DNA from: Octopus bimaculoides
Taxonomy: Eukaryota
Direction of reading: 5' to 3'
Assembly (NCBI RefSeq): GCF_001194135.2
Contig: NC_068981.1
Coordinates: 61,867,576 to 61,906,665 of the forward strand
DNA length: 39,090 bases
This document shows positions 12,483-24,649 of this stretch, piece after piece (within the stretch, counting starts at the first letter, position 1; each line of letters begins with the position of its first letter). The notes beneath the pieces were generated by a model. It had not been told where the DNA came from, did no database searches, and worked only from the letters and a program-made list of their open reading frames with translations. Position numbers and translations under genes: made by a program.

Positions 12483-12899
12483 GAACTTAATTTTCATTCA
12501 CAGATTTGCATTTCAAAAATTAATCATAATCTTTTCCATAAATCAACTATCGTAGAATTTTTCTACCATGACCTCACATTTTCTATGTGTGTGTGTACCT
12601 ACCATGATCTCACATTTTCTATGTATGTGTGTATACCTTAAAAGACGTGATTAGACAGAGGTCTAATAGAATAGTTCTCAGAAACAGACTACGCACAAAT
12701 TCTTTCTTCACAACTTCTGAAGTTGCGAAGATATTTTTGAAAGACAACCCCCATCATTTTATCCCAAATTTGCTTATTAAAATCTTTTTTTTTATAAAAA
12801 TCCCCGTTTTTGGATACGCAGGTTCGAGAAAATTGCCAAAAATCCGCATTGTGAAATTCTTTCCCCCAAAATTCTTCAATTTTGACTTTTTTCCCCAAC

Positions 12900-13018
12900 A
12901 CTAACCGTATAACTCTAGCCCTAACCTTAACCCTAACCCTATCTCTAAAGCCCTAACCTTAACCCTAACCCTAATACCTTAACCATCACCCAAATACCCT
13001 AACCCTAAAACCCTAACC
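12900..13018. repeat. Degenerate telomere-like (TAACCC)n repeat abutting an N gap (13019-13514)
   Basis: Multiple CCCTAA/CCTTAA units read directly. Confidence 0.85.
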
Positions 13019-13516
13019 NNNNNNNNNNNNNNNNNNNNNNNNNNNNNNNNNNNNNNNNNNNNNNNNNNNNNNNNNNNNNNNNNNNNNNNNNNNNNNNNNN
13101 NNNNNNNNNNNNNNNNNNNNNNNNNNNNNNNNNNNNNNNNNNNNNNNNNNNNNNNNNNNNNNNNNNNNNNNNNNNNNNNNNNNNNNNNNNNNNNNNNNNN
13201 NNNNNNNNNNNNNNNNNNNNNNNNNNNNNNNNNNNNNNNNNNNNNNNNNNNNNNNNNNNNNNNNNNNNNNNNNNNNNNNNNNNNNNNNNNNNNNNNNNNN
13301 NNNNNNNNNNNNNNNNNNNNNNNNNNNNNNNNNNNNNNNNNNNNNNNNNNNNNNNNNNNNNNNNNNNNNNNNNNNNNNNNNNNNNNNNNNNNNNNNNNNN
13401 NNNNNNNNNNNNNNNNNNNNNNNNNNNNNNNNNNNNNNNNNNNNNNNNNNNNNNNNNNNNNNNNNNNNNNNNNNNNNNNNNNNNNNNNNNNNNNNNNNNN
13501 NNNNNNNNNNNNNNAG

Positions 13517-13635
<119 letters not shown>

Positions 13636-13789
13636 CATATGTATGTATGTATGTATATGCATATGAGTAGGATTACATCAATTCTAAATACAATGAATAT
13701 AGAAATATGATTATTGTTATTGACCGAGAGAGCAGCACATGCCATGAAAGTAATACTAAGGTACAATTATGTGAAGCCCATATACTCAT

Positions 13790-14275
13790 GATCACTACTC
13801 GTCTGATAAGGGTAGCTCACGCACAGGCATCACAATCACATGTGCGCGACATGGTGATCTTATACCAAGATAAACAGCGCATGACCTTGCAGGTGGGGCC
13901 CAGTTAAAATTTTCTTCAGGTTGAGTAGCCCATCTCGCTCAAAAGGTCCCTGAATAAGGTTTATTTCAGGATGATGAACTAAACACCCACGTTTCAGATG
14001 TGGATGATTTAAACCCCAAAGAATTCCTCTAAACACATGGCTATGATGCTTCCCCACTACTTCTGGTCTGAATCATATATACACATATCGTTAGCCACAA
14101 AGGGACATGCTCAACTGGTTATGGTTAAACAAATGACAAGGAAATTTGTGTTATTGAGCAGAATATTTACGGTAGCTCATTTTAATACCAAGACAAAACA
14201 ATATACATGACAACACTTCCAATTAGTTAAGATCACAAGACATGAGAGCCATTGTCTGGCATTGCATCAGAGCAT

Positions 14276-14277
<2 letters not shown>
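13790..14277 (+). mobile_element. Interspersed repeat (SINE or LINE 3' UTR) ending in an (ATT)n tail
   Basis: Non-coding, GC-richer block ending ..GGCATTGCATCAGAGCAT and running directly into (ATT)n. It resembles an abundant octopus repeat I recall. Confidence 0.55.
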
Positions 14278-14342
<65 letters not shown>

Positions 14343-14350
14343 CATTACTA
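14277..14350. repeat. (ATT)n microsatellite shared by two convergent retroelements
   Basis: Read directly. Confidence 0.95.
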
Positions 14351-15790
14351 TCTCTTTATCTCAAGTTTTGTTGGAGATTGTGGAGTTTTGTATGCGTAGT
14401 GGGCTTACTACCTGTGGCCTACGGTACCATCCTATTCGCTCTTTTAAGCTATCTAATACTCTCCTGGTTATTCTGGCCGTGCTAAGGGGGCAAACCTTTT
14501 GTAACATTTCTACTGAGCACTCTATTCCAATTACATTTATATTCCACTTGATGCCTTCCAATACTCTACCCAGGGACCCAACAATAATTAGCACTATCTT
14601 CACCTTCTTCATTTTCCATAGCCGGACTATTTCATACTTAAGAGGGTTGTATCTGTCTATCTTTTCGCTTTCCTTCTTGAATATGTGTGGGTCAAAGGGG
14701 AATGTAACATCAACTATATAGCATATGTGGTGCACCTTGACTACTGCCACTAGGTCCGTTCTGTTATAATCTAGCATCTGATCTGTTTGGTTAGGGAATT
14801 CCAGAGGATTTTGCTAGTCTCCGACTCTGCTACTCTCTGCGGTTTGTGCTTATACCATGTCTTGACACTCTCTAGTCCCCAGTCAGTTTTCGCATAATTT
14901 TGAATGTAGCATTTTCGCTGATAGGTCGTGTCACCACAATTTGCTTTCATTTGAGGCAAGACTGGAGCATTCATTCGTAATATGGGCAATGGTTTCATTC
15001 ACATTATTGCAGATGCGACACAGCTGAAAGACCTATTCATTCACCAGCTTGACCAGACCTTCGTCTTGCACTACCGGTATAGTGCTCACTTTCTCCTTTT
15101 TTTAGGGTTCCTTTCATGATCCAATCCCGCTTACTTTTTTCAGCAACTTCAGTTGTGGCTACATGGAATTGATTGTATAGTCACTTCTACCATAGTTCTT
15201 TTTCATGTCCTTTTTGTACTTCTTCCTTTATTCTCCCTTTCGTCTCTGCTCTCAATACTCCCTCGTTCTTGACTGTCACTGGCAATGTTTCCGTACTGTG
15301 ATCTAGGTATCTCATTAAGCTCTCGAGTTCGATATGCACGCAGTTTTCCATACTTATCAGTCCCTTTCCTCCATTCGCTCTCTTCATGTATACGCGATCA
15401 GTGTCTGCAAGTGGATGATGGGCTCCATGCATAGTTAGGAGCTTTCTTGACCTCCTGTCTAGATCCTTTCACTCCTCCTTTTTCCACTTCAGGATTCCAG
15501 CGCCATACCGAACTACTGCGCGCAAGTGCATTGCCGAAATTATGTTTCTGACATATAGCTTTGAAGCCAACATTTTTCGCACTCGCCGTAGGTACTCTCG
15601 TTTTGTCTTTTCCTTCATGTCGTGGTGTTTGATTCTATCTGCCTCAAGTAGTCCCATTTATCTATAGCTGGACTGAGATTGAATTACCTTCATCATTTCA
15701 CCACTTGGCAACCATATGCCTTGTATCCTGTCAATGTTACCTCGTCTCATCACAATCGGAGCATATTTTGAGAGTTCACTTGAAAATCCT
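14350..15790 (-). mobile_element. 5'-truncated R4/Dong-clade LINE (late RT, Cys/His region, RLE), degenerate
   Basis: Fragments in order: KYAPIVMRRG..LPSGE; EYLRRVRKMLASKL..VVRYGAGILKW; HGAHHPLADTDRVYMKRANGGKGL; CRIC..NETIAHITNEC; WYKHKPQRVAESE..KILW; NRTDLV..IVDVTFPFD..EKIDRY..IIVGSLG. Confidence 0.9.
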
Positions 15791-15799
15791 AGAAGCCTA

Positions 15800-16870
15800 T
15801 CCGACCAAAAAGGAGAAATGCACTGGATCAACGATAGAATTCTTCATCTAATCGACCTAAGAGAATGTGAATCTCATCCCTGACTAGATCCATCTTTCTG
15901 GAGGCAGCATTATTCCAGTCATGGTGGATGGTAGGAAAGCAAAGTACCACATTTGCTTTTCGACTTATCATTTAAAATTTCTCTGTCCAAGATTGAATGA
16001 GGAAGAGAGATGGGCCCTCTCCTCTCTACACAAACAACAGCCCAACCACAACAATCACAACCACAATCATCACCACCACAACAACAACCACAACAACAAC
16101 ACTCACAAGCACAACTACCATCACAACAACAACAATCACAACAACCTCAACAACAGCAACATCAAAATACATAAAGTAAAGAGACTATCATTACAAACTA
16201 CATGGCAATAAGTACAAAAAGTACATCATAACCCTCATAAACAATAGAAGATATTTTCATAGCCACAATCTCCCTACCTGCTCACATATAAAATCGTTGA
16301 AACAACACAACACTCATACACACACTTAAAAACCCACTTCGTACAGGATATCGGAGATTTCTGAGGGAATATCAAAAAGAGAATTCCTGGGGATTTGCTG
16401 CTGGAAACACGCCAAACCAACAGGAATGGCGGACAATTCACCCCTCCAAACAAAACTGAACAGGTTTCCTATTCTTTTCTTTTATTTTTCCAACAACATG
16501 GTGGTGCACAGAATAGGTAGCATGAATGTACGTGGCTTGGGTTCGTCTTGGAAACGGGGTCACCTGCTCAACGACCTCAGGTAACTGAATGTCGACGTGT
16601 TGGCTATTAGTGAAATCAAAATTTCCGACTCGCGGGACTTCCAATAAACTCCCGGTGACTATGAGGTGTACGCATCTCCAAGTCGTGCGGGAGTGGATGG
16701 TAGAGTTACCGGGATGGTTCGGAAAAAATCTGGTTCTTGCAACACGGGTGATCTTTCTGGATCCGGAAGGTAAGTCGGTGGTCCTGGGCATGACAGGCAG
16801 CGAAAGATATATTTTCAGGCTAGTTGGTGACTATGCTCCGACAGAAACTTTCCTGCTCTTTAATGTTAGT
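15800..16870 (+). mobile_element. L1/Tx1-clade LINE fragment: ORF1 3' half (degenerate zinc knuckle, CAA-rich linker) and ORF2 APE endonuclease N-terminus
   Basis: ORF1 reads IPDxIHLSGGSIIPVMVDGRKAKYHICFSTYHLKFLCP. ORF2 from ATG 16498 reads MVVHRIGSMNVRGLG..KRGHLLNDLR*LNVDVLAISEIK, then IFLDPEGKSVVL..FRLVGDYAP. Confidence 0.8.
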
Positions 16871-16918
16871 GGGGAAATGGAATGGAGTTTTTAGATGTAA
16901 GGTGGGATTTTGTAGAAA

Positions 16919-17135
<217 letters not shown>

Positions 17136-18354
17136 TGTTGATGATATTGTTATTTTTCCTTATCATAATTGTTATATATATGTTGCGTACTTCTCCGTGA
17201 AACCATTCATAAATATATTCTGAATAACGTTTATTACTTGTATATGTATATAAGATCTCTAAATTTGGATATATATTTGTCAGCATCCATTTGAATAGCA
17301 TTGCCAATGCTATTATCATTAGGTAGCGGTGATTTCTGTTTCCGATATCCATATACATGTTTTGTTTCCGTTACTTCAAGATTATATTTCGATAAGTTGT
17401 ATTAACACTTGTTGGAGTGTCGAATAAATGTCTTTCGGTGATTGTTTTCGCTTTGCAGTTTGGAGGTGATATCCTGCCGAGGTGAGCCGTCCCATTAAAT
17501 CTTTCCTCGTTGATTATTAAAACAGGCGTCAGGTACTTTTCAATTCTTCTTTAACTTTCATATATATATTTTGGGTATTGTATATTTTATTTATTCTTGT
17601 AGTTTACATTGTATTATATTGTCCAATTTTATATTTTGCATTCATGTTTACCTTGGTATATACTGGTGTAGCATTCTCTGGTCTGTGGGGTGTGTTACAA
17701 ATTCTCTGTGCAAGTAAGCATGCAAGATATAAGGCAATGCAGTACATAACTTTATATTTTTTCCGTTATTTATAATTGCATTTTATGGTTATAATATATG
17801 GCCACAGTCATTGGACTGAAACATATAAAAGAATAAATACATGTGTATATATATNNNNNNNNNNTGGGTGTTGTAAAATTCAACCGGTTTTTGCTATTTA
17901 AATTAGATTTTGAAGGGGCATTGTATAGTGATTAATTCGCATGATGAAGGAGTTTCACCATCTTGGCTGTTTGAAAAATAAGAAAGGGTTTAGAGAGTGA
18001 ACTAAGGGAGGTAATGGGTGTCAAGAGGGATAACTCGTTCCTTAGGATAGTTTTTAAGGTTGTCAGATTTGAATATTGAGGTGTGGTTTATATTTTTGAA
18101 TGAATAAGTTCTCTTTATTTAGTCGTTCTTGCACTGAAATTGAATCTTTGCACTGGTACAGGGGGAAGATAAGGAAATTCGGCATTTTATCACCTGCGCA
18201 TCTGTCAATATGTCCGCTCAGTATTAATATCTATTTATATATACACACATATGCTTTTTCATATAATCTCATAATTCTTACTGCATATATAACCATCAAT
18301 ATATGTTGGGTTGAACGTTTAATCTACATACGAAGTAATACACATATTTTTATA

Positions 18355-19622
18355 TTGGGTTGGCAACTAACTTCTCAGCATTTTTCTTAAATTAAACTTT
18401 TAAAAGGTTTAATAAAAAAACAACAACTAAGTAATCAATAATGCATTCACCCTTGTTGTTTACAACTTCTTCCCAACGTTCAACAAGATTTTCAATACCT
18501 CGTTGATAGAAATCACCCGATTCCGACTCGAAAATTTGATCCAACCAAGCCTCAATTCTGCATCAGTATTGAACGAAACTCCGCGCATAGCATTTCAAAG
18601 AGATCGAAAAAGGTGGAAATCCGTTGGTACCAAATGAGGAGGGTACGGTGGGTGAGTCAGCACTTCTCAGCCATGCATTTAAATGGCTTCTTCGGTCATA
18701 TTAGCAATATGAGGGCAGGCGTTGTCATGCAGCAGAAGAACTCCATGCTGACGATTAGGTCTTTTCTCTTGAATAGCCCTGTTGAGTCGTTCCATCTGTT
18801 GAGCATAGAGTTCCGCGTTGACTGTTTGGTTCCGTTCAAGAAATTCGTAATGGATAATCCCTTCCCAGTCCCACCATACGTACAACATCGTTTTACGCGG
18901 ATGAAGGTCTTGTTGCACGCACGGTGTCGCTTGCTTATCGAGGCTAAGCCATTCCTTAGGCTGCTTCATATTGATGTACAGGCACTATTTTTCGTCGCCA
19001 GTAACAATTCGGTAAAGAAATTGTTGCTTTTGTCCTTGAGTTGAGCGGTGACGAGCAAGCAAACCGGCGGAGATTGTGATTCGTTGATTTTTGTTGTTGT
19101 CACGTAAAGCTTGCGGAATCCATGCTCCATACTTCTGAACCTTTCCCATCGAGTGAAGATGCTTCTCTATAGCAGTGTGGGGGCATTCCATTTTCTCTGC
19201 CAGTTCCCTTGTTTGACGAGAATTTTCGTCCAAAAGTTGGTTTAATCGCTCTTCATTGAACTCAAATGAGGTCAATATTTCTAATTTTGAACTTGGCATA
19301 ACAATCACGAGCGGTTCTTTCAGCTATGGTACACTCTCCATACACAGCACAAATGTCGCGAGCAGCTTTTGCGCCGTTAGAACCTTGATTAAAAGCAAAC
19401 GGAGGTGTCGAAAATACCCGTTTTTCTTAACTTGACATTCCATTTTACTGATCTGAAAATAAACAAAAATTAACTAAACTTAACTTGAATAAAAACGAAA
19501 CAAAATAGCTTACAAAATGATTCAAAAATAGAATTCTCGTAAAAAATAGTTTCCAAAATTTAAAAACGCAATAAATTCCAAAACATCAAAAAAAAAAATT
19601 GGGAACTTATTTGCCAACCCAA
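18355..19622 (-). mobile_element. Full-length mariner (DD34D) transposon, 1268 bp, inactive
   Basis: Both ends carry TIR TTGGGTTGGCAA(C/A)TAA(C/G)TT, each flanked by TA (18353-18354 and 19623-19624), with an internal transposase. Confidence 0.95.
18430..19443 (-). pseudogene. Mariner transposase, frameshifted
   Basis: MECQVKKN..AARDICAVYG, WIPQAL, IVTGDEK, LYVWWD..IIHYE, LLHDNACPH and HPPYPPHLVPTDFHLFRSL. The third catalytic D of YSPDL is mutated to H. The end reads RWEEVVNNKGECIID. Confidence 0.92.
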
Positions 19623-20329
19623 TATATATATACAGACAGGAAAAAGACAGTATAATAAAGTAAAATTAAATATATATGCGTGTGTGAGTGTTTGTATATC
19701 AGTAAAGCTTAGTTTTTGAGTGTGTGTATGTTGCATCTATAGAAATCCACACCTTACAAGATAACAATCTGGGAGTCGCACCATTGGAATTCTGATGGTC
19801 GAAAATGCCCGGAATCGGCCATTTATTATTATTATTATTATTTTTTTTTTTTTTTTNNNNNNNNNNAAGACATGAATTTTTGCATTAAAAATAATTTTAA
19901 ACCATAACTTCTAACAATTTTCAAGTCGGAGCATTTGCAAACATGAGTTAAGTCCCATTCTAGCGACGGTGTAAAGTGAGAGAGTGACGTAATAGATTTT
20001 TTTTATTTCGTCTTTTTAGTGAGTGATACACAATATAAACGATATTCTCCGTTTCTCCAGAACTAATTTCCAAATTTGCTGAATCCGTTGCTCTACTCAT
20101 AGCGACATATAGCTGGTCGTGCATGAACATGGGAGAGAGCAGAAGTTACCAGAGCAAAAATCCTAAGTGCTGACTGTAGACACGCTCCTTCGCAAACGAA
20201 CAGCTATTATTTTGTAAACAACGTTACGAAACTGTTCATGTTTTCGAATTATATATATATATATATACGTATGTTTTTATTGATTAACAATTTTATATTT
20301 CAGGTTGTATATGTATCTGTTTAATCTGC

Positions 20330-21297
20330 CATTTACAAAAGAAGCCTTGGTATTGTGGCTGTATTGTAGGTTATTCTGAAGTGAACATAGTCAACGTAAA
20401 ATTGCAGAAACCAATAGAGTGATTGTGAAATTCCCCACAGAAGGGAAGGAGTCCACCTCTCCTTGCCCAGATAAATCAGGGCCCTCTGACAGGACCCTTC
20501 TCTTTGCTAAGAGAAGTATGGTGGCTATTCCTCGTTGCAAGACCTCTGCGATATCAGTCCCAGAACAGCAGTCAGTTATGTCTATAGACTTGGTTACTAT
20601 GGCACAGCAGTAAGAAGGAAGCCACACCTTCGACCATCGAACATCAAGCTGAGAGAAAAGACAGTGCAAGTGAGATGGTGGAGAGGCCACTAGTATTTTG
20701 GGACACTGTCATATTCTCTGATGAGTACAGATTTGCTCTATTCCCTAGGAGTGGTCGAGTGTGGGTCCGGAGAATCTTTGATCAAAACTTTGATGTGAAA
20801 AGAAAAGATTGCAGCCAACAATGAAACATGACAGCTGTTCTGTGATGGACGGGGGAGAATTTTGGAGTAATGGTTGATCAGAGCTGGTCGGGTGTGAGCG
20901 AAACATAAACTCAAATAAATATATCTCCACATTGCTGGCAATACTCCTTACAACTTTCTCCAGTGGTTAAATGATTAAAGAAGATTATTTATTGAATATG
21001 GGGCTCCTTGTCATATGGATAAAATGATCCAAAATTTGTTGGATGAGAATGGCATCCAAAAAGCTTTAATGGCTAAATCAGTCACCAGATATGAAACCTA
21101 TTGAACACTTCTGGGACATATTGGATAGGGCACTTCATAGGAAAAGGGAAAAGCATCTTCAAAGTCATGTCTTTTGAAATTACTGCATGAAACTTGGTAA
21201 GAAATTCCACAGGATAATATACGTCCTCTGATCAGTAACATGCCTAATAGGGTCCTTGCGTTGAACATTGCAAAGGGCATGTCTACAAAATATTAAA
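20330..21297 (+). pseudogene. Tc1-family (DD34E) transposase remnant
   Basis: SQRKIAE, RLGYYG..VRRKPHLRP, FWDTVIFSDEYRF..GRVWVRR, LQPTMKH..SVM, GAPCH, SPDMKPIEHFWDILDRAL, and EIPQDNIRPLISNMPNRV..KGMSTKY*. No TIRs were recognised. Confidence 0.88.
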
Positions 21298-21299
21298 TA

Positions 21300-21512
21300 T
21301 ACAATTTTCTCTGTCATGGTCAATGCGACGATCACACGCTACACACCTTCCTTGTAAGCACTGTTGTAAATAGCAGAAGTGTAGTAGAACGTTAAAACTT
21401 CATGCGAAGGCACAGACATGCTTTATGCCAATATGGTGCTAAGCGGCTTTAGTCTGCGTGTTTTAGCTTCGCTACTTTGGCAACAGTCCCGATACTTATT
21501 GATCAGACCTCG
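21300..21512 (-). mobile_element. 5' end of a second mariner family (TIR, leader, start of ORF), truncated
   Basis: Minus strand TA-CGAGGTCTGATCAATAAGTATCGGGACTG is a mariner-type TIR. About 200 nt later comes ATGACAGAGAAAATTG (MTEKI), a typical mariner start. Confidence 0.6.
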
Positions 21513-21619
21513 TAACTATTAATAAATAATTTGAATGTAGAATTTCAGATTTAAATAATTTTTTTATGACTTTAAGTGTTTATTTACCCCTGCCGTGTCT
21601 GTGCATAAACGCAGCGCGT

Positions 21620-21660
<41 letters not shown>

Positions 21661-21686
21661 TACACTCACACACACATATATATATA

Positions 21687-22485
21687 CAGGGTGCGTAAGA
21701 TATTTGAATACATATGTTAATTTTACTATAGCAGCATATTTATCAACTTAATATTTTCTATATTTCAGGATCACCATTCGCAGATCCTATGATCACACAA
21801 GAAATAGAGAGGCACGCAGTCATTGTCGCTATAAAGGCTGAACATAGCAATTTAGAAATAACACGATACAAATCTTATGCGATGAGAAAAGGTAATTTCA
21901 TGTCAGAAACAGTGAAAGAAATAATGGCTTTTTACTGAAAAACGGTTTTGAGGATAAGAATAACCATATTGTTTCGTCATTTTATTCAATAAAGTATCCT
22001 TCAGCTTCAATAACGGATTCTAAGCGTGGTTTGAATCAGCTACATCCTAGGATCAAATGGTCTGTGTTCATATTGGACATTACTCTGACTATGAAGGCTT
22101 TTAAGGATTCTTTGGTGTTATGAAGGTGCTCATTAACCTCTTTCTCAACTACCCTCCATACATAATAATCTAATCGATTGAGATTTGGAGAGTTAGGAGG
22201 CCAAATTTTAGGGGTAACGGGGTTATAAAAAAATTCCGCCATCAATTCCTGCATTGGTGCCCAGTCTTCTGGAAACACATAAGGTCCGTTGCGTACTTTA
22301 TCGATCCGTGGCTTAACCACTGTATTCAGAACATCTATGTAGTTTACTCGAAGACCTTGTGGAAAGAAGATTCATTTCTGTCAATCCCCAACACGATGAC
22401 AGTTGCAGGAAATTTAGTGTCTGTACACAGCCATCTGTCATTTCTTCTGTTTAATTTCTGATCTTGATCAAATTTACGCATCCTG
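21687..22485. mobile_element. DD37D (maT-like) ITm transposon, 799 bp, internally deleted and inverted, both TIRs present
   Basis: Left end TA-CAGGGTGCGTAAGATATTTGA; right end (rc) TA-CAGGATGCGTAAATTTGA. The plus strand has the ORF start (TQEIERHAVIVAIKAEH). The minus strand has FDQDQKLNRRNDRWL..TKFPATVIVLG, YVF.EDWAP, WPPNSPNLNRLDYYVW and ESVIEAEGYFIE*. Confidence 0.82.
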
Positions 22486-22491
22486 TACATA

Positions 22492-23613
22492 TATTGTTGT
22501 ATTTCAGGATGGTTATTTTCTTTGTTTTCTTTCTTTCTTTTCTTTTTTGGGGGGCAAATAAACACATGTACTATACATTCGTTCTTCATTCGTTTAATAC
22601 TGTTCTTAATTTAACTCATGTTAAATGTTCGGGAATCTTTTGTCACACATCTGTAACCTCTTCAGCGAGACTTTTCGTCCTCATGTGTGTTCCCGCTTCT
22701 TTTAGTCCATTCTGTTCTTCTACAACGTGAATCCTTACATGCACATGTGTTTACGTCTGTATTTGTGTGTATGTATGTGTGTACATATGTGTGTATGTGC
22801 GTTCGTGTGCATACTTATGTCTATTTGCTTCGCATGTGTGCAATGTGTATATATATGAGATTATGCCATTTATATTGTTGTCATCGTTATAGTTGTTGTT
22901 ATAGTAGTACCATGAGCGTCCCCCTCACCCCCTCACCTTCCCTGTTGCTACTGCTACTGTTCCTGATTCGGACATTTGATTCTCTTATCTCTCTGCATTC
23001 TGTTCTCTTTCTGTATTTGTGCTTTGACCCATGCTGTGCTAACATGGTATTTCTCGTTGCCGCAGCATAGAAGAGCGTATAGGCAATCACAGGTGAGGCT
23101 CAAAGAGAAGGGTCGACAGTGCTCTATCAAGATGGTTAAGCAGAGCATAGGGGCTCGGTTAATAACGTAGATGTTAAAATATTATCAACGTATAGAATTG
23201 ACATGAAACATAGACAGATTACAGAGGCTACACACACAACAATAGACAGACCGTGCAACAATAGAAACATTAATGGAACAATAATACCCACCAGCACTAC
23301 ACAACGTAACACAACTAAAGAGAGAGGGGAAAACAGATACAAATGGGGTAATACACACACGATAGACAAATGTGCACATACTTCTAATAAATATAAGAAA
23401 CAGAGATAAATAGATAACAGTATAAATAGAAAACAGTATAAAGGGCACGGATACTAACAACATAGGGAGCGAACCCATATACACACAAAAACGCACGTAC
23501 AGTAACTTCACAAACAGCCACAACAGAATCAAGAACATGACCAACATCAATGAGAAGAGCAACAACGGCAACAACAACAGCTACCACGACGGCAGCAGCG
23601 TGGACGAACACGA

Positions 23614-23649
<36 letters not shown>

Positions 23650-24112
23650 GAGAACGTAACAAAAGCCGGGCTCAAAGTAGCAGCGGCAACGCGGATGGGG
23701 ATGGGGCTGAGCGGAGGTTGGTAGTGCTACGAAGAATAACGACGATAATGATGACAACAATATAAAAGGGAATAAGGCCATATATACACGAATCGGCACA
23801 CATGCGAAACACATGGACATACGTCGAAACACGCACGCACACAGACATATTCATACACACACACATATACAGACTCAAGTGAATGCACGTATGAGTACAG
23901 ATCGTAGAACAGAACGTACTAAGCGGAGCAGGAACACACACGAGGACGGAAAGTGCCACTGAAGAAGTCACAGATGTGTAACGAAAGATTTCCGGACAAC
24001 GGACATGAGTTAGAATATGAACAGTAATAAACGATTGAAGAACGAATGTATAGTGTGTTTTCATTGGAAAGAAAAGAAAAACAAAGGTGAGCATCGCGAA
24101 ATATAATACCTG
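22492..24112. repeat. Diverged long inverted repeat: arms ~22492-23075 and ~23550-24112, spacer ~470 bp
   Basis: Colinear matches by eye include CTATACATTCGTTCTTCA, ACACATCTGT.AC.TCTTCAG, CGTCCTC.TGTGTGTTCC.GCT, TTCGCATGTGTG, TATATTGTTGTCATC.TTAT and TTCTCTTATCTCTCT. Confidence 0.9.
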
Positions 24113-24153
24113 TTTGAACTCATGGTTTCACATCAGGAATCGTGAAACATAAA

Positions 24154-24189
<36 letters not shown>

Positions 24190-24292
24190 NNNNNNNNNNN
24201 NNNNNNNNNNNNNNNNNNNNNNNNNNNNNNNNNNNNNNNNNNNNNNNNNNNNNNNNNNNNNNNNNNNNNNNNNNNNNNNNNNNNNNNNNNNN

Positions 24293-24343
<51 letters not shown>

Positions 24344-24649
24344 CATTTCTTCCATACATTTTTGCTGTCTTTCAAAAAACAGAAATTTTTAATTACAATA
24401 TGATAAATTTGAATATAATAAAATATATGCACACGTATACACGTCTAACATACATTCTTTCTATTTTTACAATACATATTAATATTAATATAGGCTAGGG
24501 CCAGCCGACATACGAGGTATCTTATGCTTCTTTACAGTTTATTCAAGATAGAAATATGTTCTTCTTATTAATATACAACAGAGTAACAATATAAATTTAT
24601 TTCTCAGCGCATCAGTTTTAGAATTGTGTTAACAGTCTGTTCGTTCCTG

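Noticed and set aside
12564-12637. Tandem ~36 bp duplication TACCATGA.CTCACATTTTCTATGT..GTGT..ACC
   Set aside because: Two copies only; an ordinary local slippage duplication, not CRISPR-like.
12900-13514. True chromosome end
   Set aside because: The units are degenerate and ordinary sequence continues for 25 kb beyond the gap.
17200-17510. Possible L1/Tx1 ORF2 C-terminus on the minus strand (KTITERHLF..; LMIIALAMLFKW)
   Set aside because: The resemblance is too weak and the Cys/His residues are not conserved.
20718-20724. CTGATGA hammerhead core (also at ~25012, ~35744 and minus strand ~31432)
   Set aside because: No stem II followed by GAAA; at 20718 it simply encodes the Tc1 SDE motif.
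24510-24540. TACGAGGT start resembling a mariner TIR
   Set aside because: No partner TIR or transposase sequence follows.
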